A stretch of DNA of 59,762 nucleotides, counting the filler. It is 3 parts of 3 records of this genome, joined end to end, with 100 filler letters (N's around TTAATTAATTAA, not from the genome) between each part and the next. Parts side by side here need not be neighbours in the genome. Positions count along the whole stretch, not along the records: positions 22,847 to 45,807 come from SRR31156797_7948; positions 45,908 to 59,762 come from SRR31156797_7965; 1 more part is not named here. One strand, 5' to 3'. The notes under the pieces were generated by a model. The model was not told where the DNA came from. It ran no database searches and was given only the letters and a program-made list of their open reading frames with translations. Position numbers and translations under genes: made by a program. The first letter of the stretch is position 1; every line of letters starts with the position of its first letter. Of this stretch, positions 40,804 to 51,451 are shown piece by piece.

Positions 40804-41706
40804 ATGAAGATTGTAGTTAAAGTTTTAGGTTTATTTATACTAACCTATCTGTTATTTGCATGTACTGCGGAGAAAAAAAGTGGAACCTTACATAAAGATA
40901 TAATTTATGTAAGTATTGAACCGCAAAAGTTTTTTGTCGAGCAAGTTGCCGGTGATTTGTTTGAAGTAAAGAGTTTACTGCCCCCTGGAGCTAGTCCTGC
41001 TACCTTTGAACCTTCACCCGTTCAGCTCAAAGAGCTATCAAAAGCAAAAGCCTACTTAAGAATAGGCTATATTGGTTTTGAAAAAGCCTGGATGGATCGA
41101 ATTCAAAGTACAAATCGTCAAATGAAGGTTTATAATCAATCCATAGGTGTTAATTTTATTGAAGCCGATCATGATTGTAGTCATGAGGGGCATGATCATG
41201 AACATCATCACCATGGAACAATTGATCCACACATTTGGGTTTCTGCACAACAAATGTATCCGCAAATTCAGAATATTAAAAATATGCTGTTAGAGTTAAT
41301 TCCTGATAGTGCAAACTTTTTTGAGCAAAAACACCATGAGTTGAAGGTGCTTATTGCAGATACTGATAAATCAATTATGTCCATTTTTGAAAACGTGGAT
41401 AATAAAACTTACATGATATATCACCCTTCAATGAGCTATTTTGCACGTGATTATGGATTAAATCAGCTACCTATAGAGTTCGAAGGCAAAGAGCCAAGTG
41501 GTAAATATATGACTGAACTAATTGATAAAAGCAAAAAATTAAATATAAAAACCATTTTTATTCAAAAGCAATTTCCAGATAGCAAAGCCAAAGCTATTGC
41601 AAAGGAATTAAATGCTGAAATAGTTAAAATTGATCCCTTAGCATATGACTGGCCTCAAAATATGGTTTCTATGGCAGAACAAATAAAAAAATCTCTGGTT
41701 GATTAA
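40804..41706 (+). CDS. znuA: Zn/Mn ABC transporter substrate-binding lipoprotein
   Basis: Lipobox LFAC; His-rich loop HDCSHEGHDHEHHHH; DPHIW and YFARDYGL. Confidence 0.85.
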   Translation: MKIVVKVLGLFILTYLLFACTAEKKSGTLHKDIIYVSIEPQKFFVEQVAGDLFEVKSLLPPGASPATFEPSPVQLKELSKAKAYLRIGYIGFEKAWMDRIQSTNRQMKVYNQSIGVNFIEADHDCSHEGHDHEHHHHGTIDPHIWVSAQQMYPQIQNIKNMLLELIPDSANFFEQKHHELKVLIADTDKSIMSIFENVDNKTYMIYHPSMSYFARDYGLNQLPIEFEGKEPSGKYMTELIDKSKKLNIKTIFIQKQFPDSKAKAIAKELNAEIVKIDPLAYDWPQNMVSMAEQIKKSLVD

Positions 41707-41710
41707 AATT

Positions 41711-42475
41711 ATGGCAAAAGATCTTATCGAACTAAAAGATGTTAATGTAGCTTATGATGGGAGGGTTGTCCTTAATAATGTGAACTTAAGTATTGTTGAG
41801 GATGATTTTATAGGAGTTATTGGTCCAAATGGTGGAGCGAAAACGACTTTAGTTAAGACTGTATTGGGCTTAATCAAACCATCTTCAGGAAAGGTAATTC
41901 GCCATGTTAAAGATTTTGAAATGGGATATTTACCGCAATATAATGAAGTGGATAAAAGATTTCCCCTAAAAGCTTGCGATGTGGTGATGAGTGGATTGAT
42001 GAATCGAAAAGGCTTATTTGGCAACTATTCTAAGAAAGATCGTCAAAAAGCATGTGAGGCAATGAATATAATGGGTGTGGGTCATTTATCAAAAAAGCAT
42101 ATTGGTAGTCTATCTGGTGGGGAAACGCAGAAGGTACTTTTGGCAAGAGCCATTGTTTCTGATCCTGCACTTTTAATTCTTGACGAACCCGATACTTATG
42201 TTGATTATGCTTCAGAGGGAGAAATTTATGAATTGCTAAAGAAATTAAATGAGAAAATGGCAATTATTATGGTTTCGCATGATTTGGGTATCATCTCAAC
42301 ATATATTAAAACAATAGCCTGCGTAAATAAGGATCTTCATTATCATAAAAGTAATGTGATTACCGAGCAGCAATTGCAGACTTATAATTGCCCTATTCAA
42401 CTAGTTACACATGGTACTGTGCCTCATACTGTTTTGGCAGATCATGTGCATACACCTCATAATCATAAACACTAA
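41711..42475 (+). CDS. znuC: Metal ABC transporter ATPase
   Basis: GPNGGAKTT, GYLPQ, LSGGE, LDEP and VSHD; His-rich tail. Confidence 0.85.
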   Translation: MAKDLIELKDVNVAYDGRVVLNNVNLSIVEDDFIGVIGPNGGAKTTLVKTVLGLIKPSSGKVIRHVKDFEMGYLPQYNEVDKRFPLKACDVVMSGLMNRKGLFGNYSKKDRQKACEAMNIMGVGHLSKKHIGSLSGGETQKVLLARAIVSDPALLILDEPDTYVDYASEGEIYELLKKLNEKMAIIMVSHDLGIISTYIKTIACVNKDLHYHKSNVITEQQLQTYNCPIQLVTHGTVPHTVLADHVHTPHNHKH

Positions 42476-42490
42476 TCAGTATCAGATAGA

Positions 42491-43345
42491 ATGAATCTTA
42501 GTGAATTATTTCAATACGATTTCTTTGTAAATACAGTCTTAGCCGCATTATTTGCGAGCATTTCTGCAGGAGTTATTGGTACCTATATTGTTTCTCGTAG
42601 AATGGTGTTTTTAAGTGGCGGGATTACTCACGCTTCATTCGGGGGAATTGGAATTGCGTACTATTTGGGGTTTAATCCGGTTTTTGGTGCAGCAGCTTTT
42701 GCTGTTTTTTCTGCCGTTGGAATTGATCTTTTTTCTAATAAGCGTTTCATGCGAAATGATAGCTTAATAGGGATATGGTGGTCTGCAGGTATGGCTTTAG
42801 GAGTGTTTTTTGTTTACATAACTCCCGGCTATACACCAAACTTAATGACATATTTATTCGGTAGTATTTTGACAGTTACTGCTTTAGATGTTTACTTACT
42901 GGCAGGTCTTGCAGCTATAGTGGTTATATTTTTCTTGTTGTTTCACAAAATCATTATGTTTATAGCATTTGATCAGGAGTATGCACGCACCCACAACTTG
43001 CCCGTTCATATAATGTCATTGTTTACATCAACGTTGGTTGCATTAACAATTGTTTTTAGCATTAAAGTAGCTGGAATAATTTTAGTCATTTCATTACTAA
43101 CGGTACCTCAAGCAATTGTCAATTTGTTTACACATAACTATAAAAACATTATGTTGTATTCGGTTGTTCTCTCTTTCGTAGGAATATTTGCCGGGTTACT
43201 GATTTCATTTACTATTGATGTGCCTTCTGGTGCTTCAATTATCTTTTCACTTTTATTTATGTTTTTGGTAGCCAGATTCCTTTTGTTTATTTTGCATAAA
43301 ATTGGTGTGCGTAAAACAGTAAAAATTAACTTGAATAAAAAATAA
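42491..43345 (+). CDS. znuB: Metal ABC transporter permease
   Basis: Motifs GITHASFGG, YLFGSIL and FDQEYA; multiple TM segments. Confidence 0.87.
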   Translation: MNLSELFQYDFFVNTVLAALFASISAGVIGTYIVSRRMVFLSGGITHASFGGIGIAYYLGFNPVFGAAAFAVFSAVGIDLFSNKRFMRNDSLIGIWWSAGMALGVFFVYITPGYTPNLMTYLFGSILTVTALDVYLLAGLAAIVVIFFLLFHKIIMFIAFDQEYARTHNLPVHIMSLFTSTLVALTIVFSIKVAGIILVISLLTVPQAIVNLFTHNYKNIMLYSVVLSFVGIFAGLLISFTIDVPSGASIIFSLLFMFLVARFLLFILHKIGVRKTVKINLNKK

Positions 43346-43361
43346 TAGTAAAATCAATATC

Positions 43362-44753
43362 ATGAGTTACGATTTAATAGTTATAGGAAGTGGTCCTGGT
43401 GGATATGTTGCAGCAATCAGGGCTACTCAGTTAGGAATGAAAACTGCAGTAATTGAAAAAGCTGAATTAGGTGGTATTTGTTTAAATTGGGGATGTATTC
43501 CAACTAAATCACTCTTGAAATCTGCACAGGTTTTTGATTATACAAAACACGCTAAAGATTATGGTGTAAAAATAAATGGAGAAGTCGAAGCTGATTTTGA
43601 AGGAATGGTTAGCCGTAGTCGTGAGGTTGCAGGAAACATGAGTAAAGGAATTGAATTTCTTTTCAAAAAGAATAAGGTTGAAGTAATCAATGGTTTCGGT
43701 AAAATAGCGGCCAAAGGAAAAGTTGAAGTAACAGATGATAAAGGTAACAAACAAACCTATGAAGCCAAAAATATTATGTTGGCAACCGGTGCCAGATCAA
43801 AAGAACTTCCAAACCTAAAGCAAGATGGTAAAAAGATTATTGGTTATCGTAAAGCAATGACCCTGGATAAAAAGCCGGAATCAATGATTGTTGTTGGCTC
43901 AGGAGCTATTGGAAGTGAGTTTGCATACTTTTATTCAACTATAGGAACTAAAGTTACTTTAGTAGAGTTCCTACCTAATATTTTACCTAATGAAGATGAG
44001 GAGGTATCAAAACAAATGGCGCGTTCGTTTAAAAAGGCTGGGATGAAAGTTATGACCGGTTCATCGGTTGAAAAGGTAGATACATCTGGTAAGAAATGTA
44101 AGGTTACAATCAAAACCAAAAAAGGAGAGGAACAACACGAAGCTGATATTGTACTTTCTGCGGTTGGCATTACTCCAAATTTGGAAGGTGTAGGTATTGA
44201 GGAAATGGGTATTGAACTTGAAAATGGAAAAGTAAAAGTTGATGAATTCTATAAAACAAACGTAGAAGGTGTATATGCAATTGGTGATATTGTGCATGGA
44301 CCAGCACTTGCTCATGTAGCATCGGCTGAAGGAATATGTGCTGTGGAGAAAATGGCAGGTGAAAACCCACAACCAATTGATTATGGAAATATTCCAGGTG
44401 CAACTTATACAATTCCAGAAGTTGCTTCAGTTGGTATGACTGAAAAACAAGCTAGAGAAGCTGGCTATGAAGTGAAAGTTGGGAAATTCCCATACACTGC
44501 TTCAGGTAAAGCCTCTGCTGCTGGAAATAAAGATGGATTCATCAAATTGGTATTTGATAAGAAATATGGTGAGTTATTAGGTGGTCACATGGTTGGGTTA
44601 AATGTAACCGAAATGATTGCCGAATTGGTTGTGGCTAAAAAGCTTGAAACTACAGGTCATGAGCTAATTAAAGCCATACATCCACACCCAACAATGTCTG
44701 AGGCCATTATGGAAGCTGCAGCAGCAGCCTATGATGAAGTGATACATATTTAA
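43362..44753 (+). CDS. lpdA: Dihydrolipoyl dehydrogenase
   Basis: Motifs GSGPGGY, CLNWGCIP, GSGAIG and HPHPTMSE. Confidence 0.96.
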   Translation: MSYDLIVIGSGPGGYVAAIRATQLGMKTAVIEKAELGGICLNWGCIPTKSLLKSAQVFDYTKHAKDYGVKINGEVEADFEGMVSRSREVAGNMSKGIEFLFKKNKVEVINGFGKIAAKGKVEVTDDKGNKQTYEAKNIMLATGARSKELPNLKQDGKKIIGYRKAMTLDKKPESMIVVGSGAIGSEFAYFYSTIGTKVTLVEFLPNILPNEDEEVSKQMARSFKKAGMKVMTGSSVEKVDTSGKKCKVTIKTKKGEEQHEADIVLSAVGITPNLEGVGIEEMGIELENGKVKVDEFYKTNVEGVYAIGDIVHGPALAHVASAEGICAVEKMAGENPQPIDYGNIPGATYTIPEVASVGMTEKQAREAGYEVKVGKFPYTASGKASAAGNKDGFIKLVFDKKYGELLGGHMVGLNVTEMIAELVVAKKLETTGHELIKAIHPHPTMSEAIMEAAAAAYDEVIHI

Positions 44754-44773
44754 TTAATTATGATATTCTTATG

Positions 44774-44803
44774 AAGGTCGATTTTTTAAATCGGCCTTTT
44801 TTT
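44774..44803 (+). terminator. Intrinsic terminator after lpdA
   Basis: AAGGTCGATTT...AAATCGGCCTT followed by a T-tract. Confidence 0.8.
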
Positions 44804-44836
44804 GTGCTTCGCTTTAATATTCTTATCCGTTTTTCG

Positions 44837-44867
44837 TTTGATAAAGACAGGTAATCAGTTACTTTTG
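44837..44867 (+). promoter_or_regulatory. Bacteroidota sigma70 promoter (-33/-7)
   Basis: TTTG (44837), 19-nt spacer, TACTTTTG (44860). Confidence 0.65.
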
Positions 44868-44886
44868 CTCTAAAATAGATTTGAAA

Positions 44887-45807
44887 ATGAGAACAATTAT
44901 TCTAAAAACGATACTGTTATTAAGTTTATTCATCATACTAGCTTGTGAGAAAAATGAGTCAGATAATAACAATCCAACAGTTGAAATAACAAGCCCTGAT
45001 GAAGGAGATCAGTATGAGCAAGGCCAGAATGTAACCATCATAGCAGATGCCAATGATGTAGATGGAAATCTTCAAAAAGTAAAGTTTTTTATCGATAATT
45101 ATCTAATAAATGAGGATACTGAATCACCCTATAGATATGTATGGTCGACGAGTGCCGCTGCACTAGGGGATCACATTCTTAGAGTTGAGGCTGTAGATAC
45201 GGAACAGGCTTCTAGTATTGATGAAGTGACAATAGGTATCTATACTGAAATTGAAATTACGCCATTGGAAATGATTCTTGTTGAAGCAGGATCATATGAT
45301 ATGGGCTGTATGTCAAATGACCAATACAGTTGTTTCAATAATGAACTTCCGATTCATAGCGTTTCAGTTGATTCTTTTTACATCAGTAAACATGAGATTA
45401 CGAATTTCCATTTTGCTGAGTTTTTAAATAATATAAATGTTGATTCGTTGGGCGTTTATCAGGATGAAGTTATAATCGATATGCAATCTGGTAATGTTCA
45501 GATAAAATATTCTAATGGAGAATTTAAACCTTTAAATGGTAAAGAAAACTTTCCTGTAATTGAAGTCTCATGGTTTGGTGCAAAAGCATTTTGTGAATAT
45601 CATGGTGGGCGCTTGCCAACAGAGGCAGAATGGGAATTTACAGCTAGAGGTGGAAATGAATCGGATACCACTTTGTTTGCCGGTGGTAATGATATCAATA
45701 TTGTTGCCTGGTATGGCGGAAATGCTGGTAATGCTCCACACGAGGTTGGTACTCGACAAGCTAATGAACTTGGAATTTATGATATGAGTGGAAATGTTTG
45801 GGAATGG
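44887..45807 (+). CDS. 3'-truncated lipoprotein: Ig-like (Big) domain plus FGE-sulfatase/SUMF1 domain
   Basis: Lipobox ILAC; PTVEITSP; PVIEVSW, RLPTEAEWE and NELGIYDMSGNVWEW at the contig end. Confidence 0.85.
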
Positions 45808-45907
45808 NNNNNNNNNNNNNNNNNNNNNNNNNNNNNNNNNNNNNNNNNNNNTTAATTAATTAANNNNNNNNNNNNNNNNNNNNNNNNNNNNNNNNNNNNN
45901 NNNNNNN
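45808..45907. other. Artificial contig linker (N44-TTAATTAATTAA-N44)
   Basis: Same structure as the first linker. Confidence 0.98.
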
Positions 45908-47712
45908 ACGCTGTGGCCGATGTTATGACCAAGCCCCAAAATATCTTCTGTTATTTCAAGGATTAATTTGTGTGGGGGTATTTTATGCTTATTTATGGCT
46001 TGCTCAATTTTGCCGGTAAAATTTTTTTCCATGAAACACAGGGGTGAAATATTAATTGATATTGTCAGGTCTGAATCGTATTTCATGACCAAAGCCTGAT
46101 AGTCACTCAACACTTTGTCAATCATGTAATCGGTAAATTCCGTTATCAGATTAAGCTGATTTATAAACGGAATAAACACATTGGGCGGCACGAACCCCAT
46201 TTCACAAGAAATCCATCGTGCTAACGCTTCCACACCCACAACTTTTTCAGTGGTGAAATCAACCTTCTCCTGATAATAGGGAATGATCTCTTTGTCTAAA
46301 ATGCCTTTGCCCAAATGCTGGCGCATGGCAAGCTCGTTTTTTACCCTCTCTTTCATTGACTCTTCAAACAGCGTTATTGATAAATCCTTATTTTCTCTGG
46401 CTGTCCGCATTGCTGTTGTGGTCTCTTCGTATAATGTCTCAAAGGATTTGTTTTGACTGTCGTATACGGTCAAGGATAAGTATATATCAAGCATCTGATT
46501 GTAACCGTTCTCTAAAATGTATTGTTTACTTTTACCTCTGACCTCCTCTAAGAGTAGTGCGATGTGCTGTTGCTCAACGTCTTCAATCCAGATCGAAAAT
46601 TCATTACTGCCGGTACGTGCCGGATAACTATTGTTTTTTTTACATTGGCGCAGGGATTCACCAAAGAGTCCCAATACCCTGTCACCCTGCTCATACCCCA
46701 AGGTCAGATTAATCAGTTTTAGCCCCATGATGTCCAGTTGGGCCAGATATCCGAATCTGCATCCATTATTTAACCTTTGATCAACGTATTCTTTCAAGCC
46801 GTTTCGATTGGGAAGTTGTGTAAGGTCATCATTGTAGGCAAGGTAGGTCAAACGATTATTTTTGATGGCGATCTTTTGTTCGGCCCTCTCAAGGGATGCA
46901 ATCATGGTGTTGTAACCGTCAATTAACATTTTGGTTTCATCATTATGATTGCCGGAATGGATTGACTGATAGCGGCCTTCAGTCACATTTTTCATTCCCT
47001 TGGCAATATCAAGTATGGGTTTCGTTGCTGATCGGATATATATAGTACCAACATAACCGGTAAAAATGACCAGTATAACGGTTACAAGTAATATCGTATA
47101 AAGAATCCAGGTTGCTTCATTTACAAAATCCAACTCATATGCCGTTGAAGCAACAATCCATTCCCAGTCAGGGTTATAACCAACATAGGAAATTTTTGTG
47201 CCGATTTTGTCAGAGTGAGGAAAACGCCATGCATAATAGGTATAACCGCCACCACTGAGTGCAATCTCTATCTGTTCCCTGACAATATAATGTTCAGGAT
47301 CATTAAAGTTGGTTACATTCCATACGTTTTGCCCCTCCAGGGTGGGATGCAGGACTTCAAGGCCTGCTTTATCATAAATGATAAAATATCCATGTTCACC
47401 CAAATCAATATTTCCATGTAGCTCTCTTGTGCCGTCGACCTTCATGGGGCCAAGTAAAATGGTCTTAATGGTTTCCTGTGCATTTGATTTAGAGATTAAT
47501 CCTGCCTTAACTTTATCATATTCCGAATGAATCAAGGCCAATGCCTGGATAACGCTGTTTTTAAGAACAACTTTACCTTTTTCGGCGAGTGCCTTTTTAG
47601 CGATTTGATAACTGGAAATGCCTATGAGGGATGTCGCGATTATTAATATGAGTAAATATATTGATATAAGCTTGCGGTTAAACGATTTCCTATATTCGTT
47701 TACAAGGTTCAC
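45908..47712 (-). CDS. 3'-truncated Cache-HAMP-degenerate GGDEF-EAL protein (probable phosphodiesterase)
   Basis: Cache motifs GYFIIYD...HPTLEG and WEWIV; DDLTQLPNR; GSNEF in place of GGDEF; VEALARW and LEITE. Confidence 0.82.
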
Positions 47713-47801
47713 GTGCCGCTCCTTATGGATACAGATAATTGCTTTGAATCTATATACTTACCATAATTTGGAACAGTTGGTATAGACTTTTTACGAGGCA
47801 A

Positions 47802-49040
47802 TCAATTTTCCATCTTAGCCATAGGAACAGTTATGGTAAAGAATGTGCCCTTATCCACTGTACTTGTACAACTGATTTCTCCATTCAGCGTTTTAGTGAC
47901 AAGGTTAAATACCAGGTGCATCCCGAGTCCGGTACCACCGGAGCCGCGTTTGGTGGTGAAAAAGGGATCAAATATTTTTTTCTGGTGCTCTTGTGTCATA
48001 CCGTTACCGTCATCTTCATAGTGGAGAATGATTGAATAATCATCGTTTTTAACGGTAATGGCAATCTGCCCCTTTTCTATATCTTCAAATCCGTGGAGAA
48101 GAGAATTCATGACAAGATTGGTCAATATCTGGGAGAACGCCCCTGGATAACTGTTTATCTCCAAATCTTTAGGCACATCCACGATTACAGTATGTTTGGT
48201 CTTTTTTATGCGTGGATAGAGACTGAATAAAATTTCATCAATATACTGTTTTATATTGAAAATTCGTTTTTCGTCATTGGACTGGTCAACCGCAATCCGT
48301 TTAAATCCCACCACCAGTTTCGCCGCACGCTTGAGATTGGAAAGGGTTACCTGGCAGGCCTCTTCACAATCTTCCATAAATGTTTCAAGATCCGTTTTGG
48401 TTGCTTCTCCGGCTGCGAACCGTTTTTTAAAGACTTTGGTTGAATCATTGAGATATGAGATGCCGGTTACCCCAATCCCAAGAGGGGTGTTAATTTCATG
48501 GGCAACGCCTGCCACAAGATCTCCAAGAGCAGCCATTTTTTCTGACTGCACAAGTTGTTTCTCAGTGCGTTTTCTGTCTTCTATCTCCTGCTGAAGCTTA
48601 ACAGTCTGTTCTTCCAGACTTTTCTGGTATGCTTCATTTTCAGCAATGAGTTTGGCCCGATCCAGTGCTTTTTCAACCGCCTGCAGCAGAACATCCAGAT
48701 TGAATAATGGTTTCACCAGATAATCCCAGGCGCCTAATCGAACCGCTTCAATGGCATCATCCAAAATCCCTGCGCCTGAAACAATCAGTATGGGAATTTT
48801 TTCGAATTTTTCCTTCACTGTGCGGACCACTTCAAATCCATTTATTTCAGGCATTTGCAGGTCACACAAAATGAGGTCAGGCTTATGTTCCCCGATCTTT
48901 TTTAGACCAATATGGCCATTCTCTGCCTGGATAACCTCATATCCGTTATCTTCAAGAATGTCCGTGAAATTATCGCGGATGAATTTTTCATCATCAATTG
49001 TGAGTATCAGCGGCGGGTTGTTTGATACTGTATCCGGCAT
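47802..49040 (-). CDS. Hybrid REC-histidine kinase
   Basis: REC motifs IDDE, CDLQMP and DYLVKP; kinase motifs AHEINTPLG, DDGNG and PFFTTKRGSGGTGLG. Confidence 0.92.
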   Translation of the reverse strand: MPDTVSNNPPLILTIDDEKFIRDNFTDILEDNGYEVIQAENGHIGLKKIGEHKPDLILCDLQMPEINGFEVVRTVKEKFEKIPILIVSGAGILDDAIEAVRLGAWDYLVKPLFNLDVLLQAVEKALDRAKLIAENEAYQKSLEEQTVKLQQEIEDRKRTEKQLVQSEKMAALGDLVAGVAHEINTPLGIGVTGISYLNDSTKVFKKRFAAGEATKTDLETFMEDCEEACQVTLSNLKRAAKLVVGFKRIAVDQSNDEKRIFNIKQYIDEILFSLYPRIKKTKHTVIVDVPKDLEINSYPGAFSQILTNLVMNSLLHGFEDIEKGQIAITVKNDDYSIILHYEDDGNGMTQEHQKKIFDPFFTTKRGSGGTGLGMHLVFNLVTKTLNGEISCTSTVDKGTFFTITVPMAKMEN

Positions 49041-49056
49041 CTTAGCCTCTCAAGTG

Positions 49057-50580
49057 TTAATCAACAAATTTATCTCTGATCACCAAAAACTTATCCAGAT
49101 TTTCAAGAAACAGCTCTGTTAACAGTGGATCAAAATGTTTACCCGCCTCTTCTTTGAAAAGTGAAATGATTTTATCAAGGGGCCAAGCCTTCTTATAACA
49201 GCGCTCACTTCCCAGGGCATCAAAGACATCGGCAATGGCGGTTATCCGACCATAAATATGGATATCAGTGCCTTTCAGGCCCTCCGGATAACCACTGCCA
49301 TCCCATTTTTCATGATGAGTCAAGGCAATTGTGGCACTGATATTCATTACAGCCAGAGACGATTGTTCGAGTATTTCGTACCCTCGTTTCGGATGAGTCT
49401 TCACAATATCCCATTCTTCGGGAGTCAATTTTCCCGGTTTGGTCAAAATTGCATCGGGAATTGCGATCTTACCAATATCGTGCATTGGCGAAGCTGTCTT
49501 TATTAATTCTGCTTCGGTTTTATTCAGCCCAACCAGCAAGGCAAGCAACTCTGAATAATGGGCCATCCGCTTCACATGGTTTCCAGTCTCCTTTGAACGG
49601 GATTCGACAACCTCACCCAACCGGTATACCATCTCCTTTTGACTGTCGGTTATTGTCTCATTGAGCTGAATGTTTTCCAAAGTTACGATCAGGTTCTCAG
49701 TAAATATGTTAAGCAGACGAATATCAAGACCAGACAGTGGCTGATTTATCTGAGCAAAAAACAGAACAATCTGATTGTTATTTGAGCAGTACATAACAAA
49801 TCTATCTTTTTCAAAAATATTTTTTTGCTCGGTAATTGCAGATAAAATTATATCCCGTTTACCATCTGGTAACTCAGCAGCATTAATGCAGCTTGATCCA
49901 AGAGGATTATCCGAGGAATACACCTCTAAACACTGCTCTAAAACGATATATCCTGTGACCTTGCAGGAAAAAATAGTGGTCTCTTCTATATTAAGAAGAT
50001 GGGTCAACTGCTCAACCGTAACGCGTATGAATTGGGCCAGCGCCCCCCTGGATGAAATTCCCCTTGAGGCAACAATGAGTTTTTCCAATCCCTTTCGACT
50101 TTTTTCCAGGGTAATGATATCACGGTAGGATCTTAACGTTGCATACATCAGGGTAAACAATTTGTTCGCGGTAAGCTCGGTTTTGGTCTTGTAGTCGTTG
50201 ATATCATAATTTTGAATGACCTCTCGCTCCGGTGCCTGCCCCGGCTGACCAGTCCTTAAAACAATCCGGGTGTTGATATTCTTGAGATCTTCCCGGATTT
50301 TTTTCACCAGCTTTAATCCTGCATGTTCAGACTCCATTACCACATCGAGTAAAACGATGGCTATATTGGGATGCTCAACGAGATATTCAAGGGCCTCTGC
50401 GGCGGAATAGGCATGGAATAATTTTAATTTCCTGTTATCAAAAGTGAAATTTTTGAGGGCCAGTGCTGTTACCTGATGAACTCCTTTTTCATCATCCACA
50501 ACCAGAATCTTCCATGGTGAATCCCTACCGTCATTTTTCAGGATATTGTCTTCTTCTTTTAGTATAAGTTCATCCATCAT
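49057..50580 (-). CDS. REC-DUF3369-HD-GYP cyclic dinucleotide phosphodiesterase
   Basis: Motifs LLDVVME, RTGQPGQAPE, ETGNHVKR, HDIGK, HHEKWDGSGYP and ADVFDAL. Confidence 0.9.
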   Translation of the reverse strand: MMDELILKEEDNILKNDGRDSPWKILVVDDEKGVHQVTALALKNFTFDNRKLKLFHAYSAAEALEYLVEHPNIAIVLLDVVMESEHAGLKLVKKIREDLKNINTRIVLRTGQPGQAPEREVIQNYDINDYKTKTELTANKLFTLMYATLRSYRDIITLEKSRKGLEKLIVASRGISSRGALAQFIRVTVEQLTHLLNIEETTIFSCKVTGYIVLEQCLEVYSSDNPLGSSCINAAELPDGKRDIILSAITEQKNIFEKDRFVMYCSNNNQIVLFFAQINQPLSGLDIRLLNIFTENLIVTLENIQLNETITDSQKEMVYRLGEVVESRSKETGNHVKRMAHYSELLALLVGLNKTEAELIKTASPMHDIGKIAIPDAILTKPGKLTPEEWDIVKTHPKRGYEILEQSSLAVMNISATIALTHHEKWDGSGYPEGLKGTDIHIYGRITAIADVFDALGSERCYKKAWPLDKIISLFKEEAGKHFDPLLTELFLENLDKFLVIRDKFVD

Positions 50581-50593
50581 AGTAAAGTTATCC

Positions 50594-51451
50594 TTAAACA
50601 GTGAAAAAGTTTAGTATTTCCTGTGCAATTTCATTTACCTCTGATTCTTTTTCTTTTATGTCCTCATCTTTCATGTCCAGCTGTGCCAAAGGTTCTTTCA
50701 GTATGGCTTTGCGATAATTGACAGTTTGTCCCTGCTCTGTTGCAATTGCCTCAGCGGCAAGTCTTGTGGCGATATGGAGGATGCAGCAGGAAAAAAAGTA
50801 AGGCTGCTCAATGTCAGGCAAGTGTTGATAGGCAACAGGAACAACAATTTCATCAGGCAGGTTCCAGGACTTGAGCAATGCCCCGCTGGCCTGCGCTACA
50901 GTAAAGCCGAGAACCTCTTTTTCCCGCTGCCAGTGGAATTGCCCTTTATTGGGAGCCCCTATGGCTGTTAAAGCAATATCCGGGGCATATTTCACAACTG
51001 CCAATGCCCCAATATTACTCAGTAGCCCTGCAACAAAAAGAGTTTCATCATCCTGTGATTTGTTCGGATTTAGGGCTTTGGCGAAGATCGCAGAATAAAC
51101 AGCCTTTTTCCAAAGGGTTTTCATTTCAATATAGCTACCGCCAACTGTTTGAATAATGGCAGCAGCGCTTGTCGCCAACGCTAAATTATACAGTTGAGAG
51201 GCTCCAATAAGGGAAATGGCTTCGGCAACGGAGGAAATTTTTTGTGGAAAATAATAGAGAGGACTGTTTACTATTTTCAATAATCTTGCTGTGAGTGCCG
51301 GATCTTTAGAGATCAGCTTTGCAAGGTCACCAATTGACGAAGCTGGATCTGCCACGAGCCGTTTAACCTGCATACAGATATCGGGCAGCGTTAACAAGGA
51401 CCCTGCATTCTTTATGATATCACTTATTTTAATTAAATAGGCCAAAGGCAT
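50594..51451 (-). CDS. HDOD domain protein
   Basis: Motifs TLPDI, DPALTARLLKIVNS, GLLSNIG (HD replaced) and WNLP. Confidence 0.88.
   Translation of the reverse strand: MPLAYLIKISDIIKNAGSLLTLPDICMQVKRLVADPASSIGDLAKLISKDPALTARLLKIVNSPLYYFPQKISSVAEAISLIGASQLYNLALATSAAAIIQTVGGSYIEMKTLWKKAVYSAIFAKALNPNKSQDDETLFVAGLLSNIGALAVVKYAPDIALTAIGAPNKGQFHWQREKEVLGFTVAQASGALLKSWNLPDEIVVPVAYQHLPDIEQPYFFSCCILHIATRLAAEAIATEQGQTVNYRKAILKEPLAQLDMKDEDIKEKESEVNEIAQEILNFFTV

Noticed and set aside
43362-44753. lpdA directly behind znuACB as a novel metal-redox system
   Set aside because: It is a canonical LpdA, and mixed-function operons are common in Bacteroidota. Nothing else supports a functional link.
44881-47712. 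ORF-track calls 44881..45855 and 45856..47712 running into the N-linker
   Set aside because: Their stop codons come from the artificial TTAATTAATTAA cassette. The real genes are truncated at 45807 and 45908.
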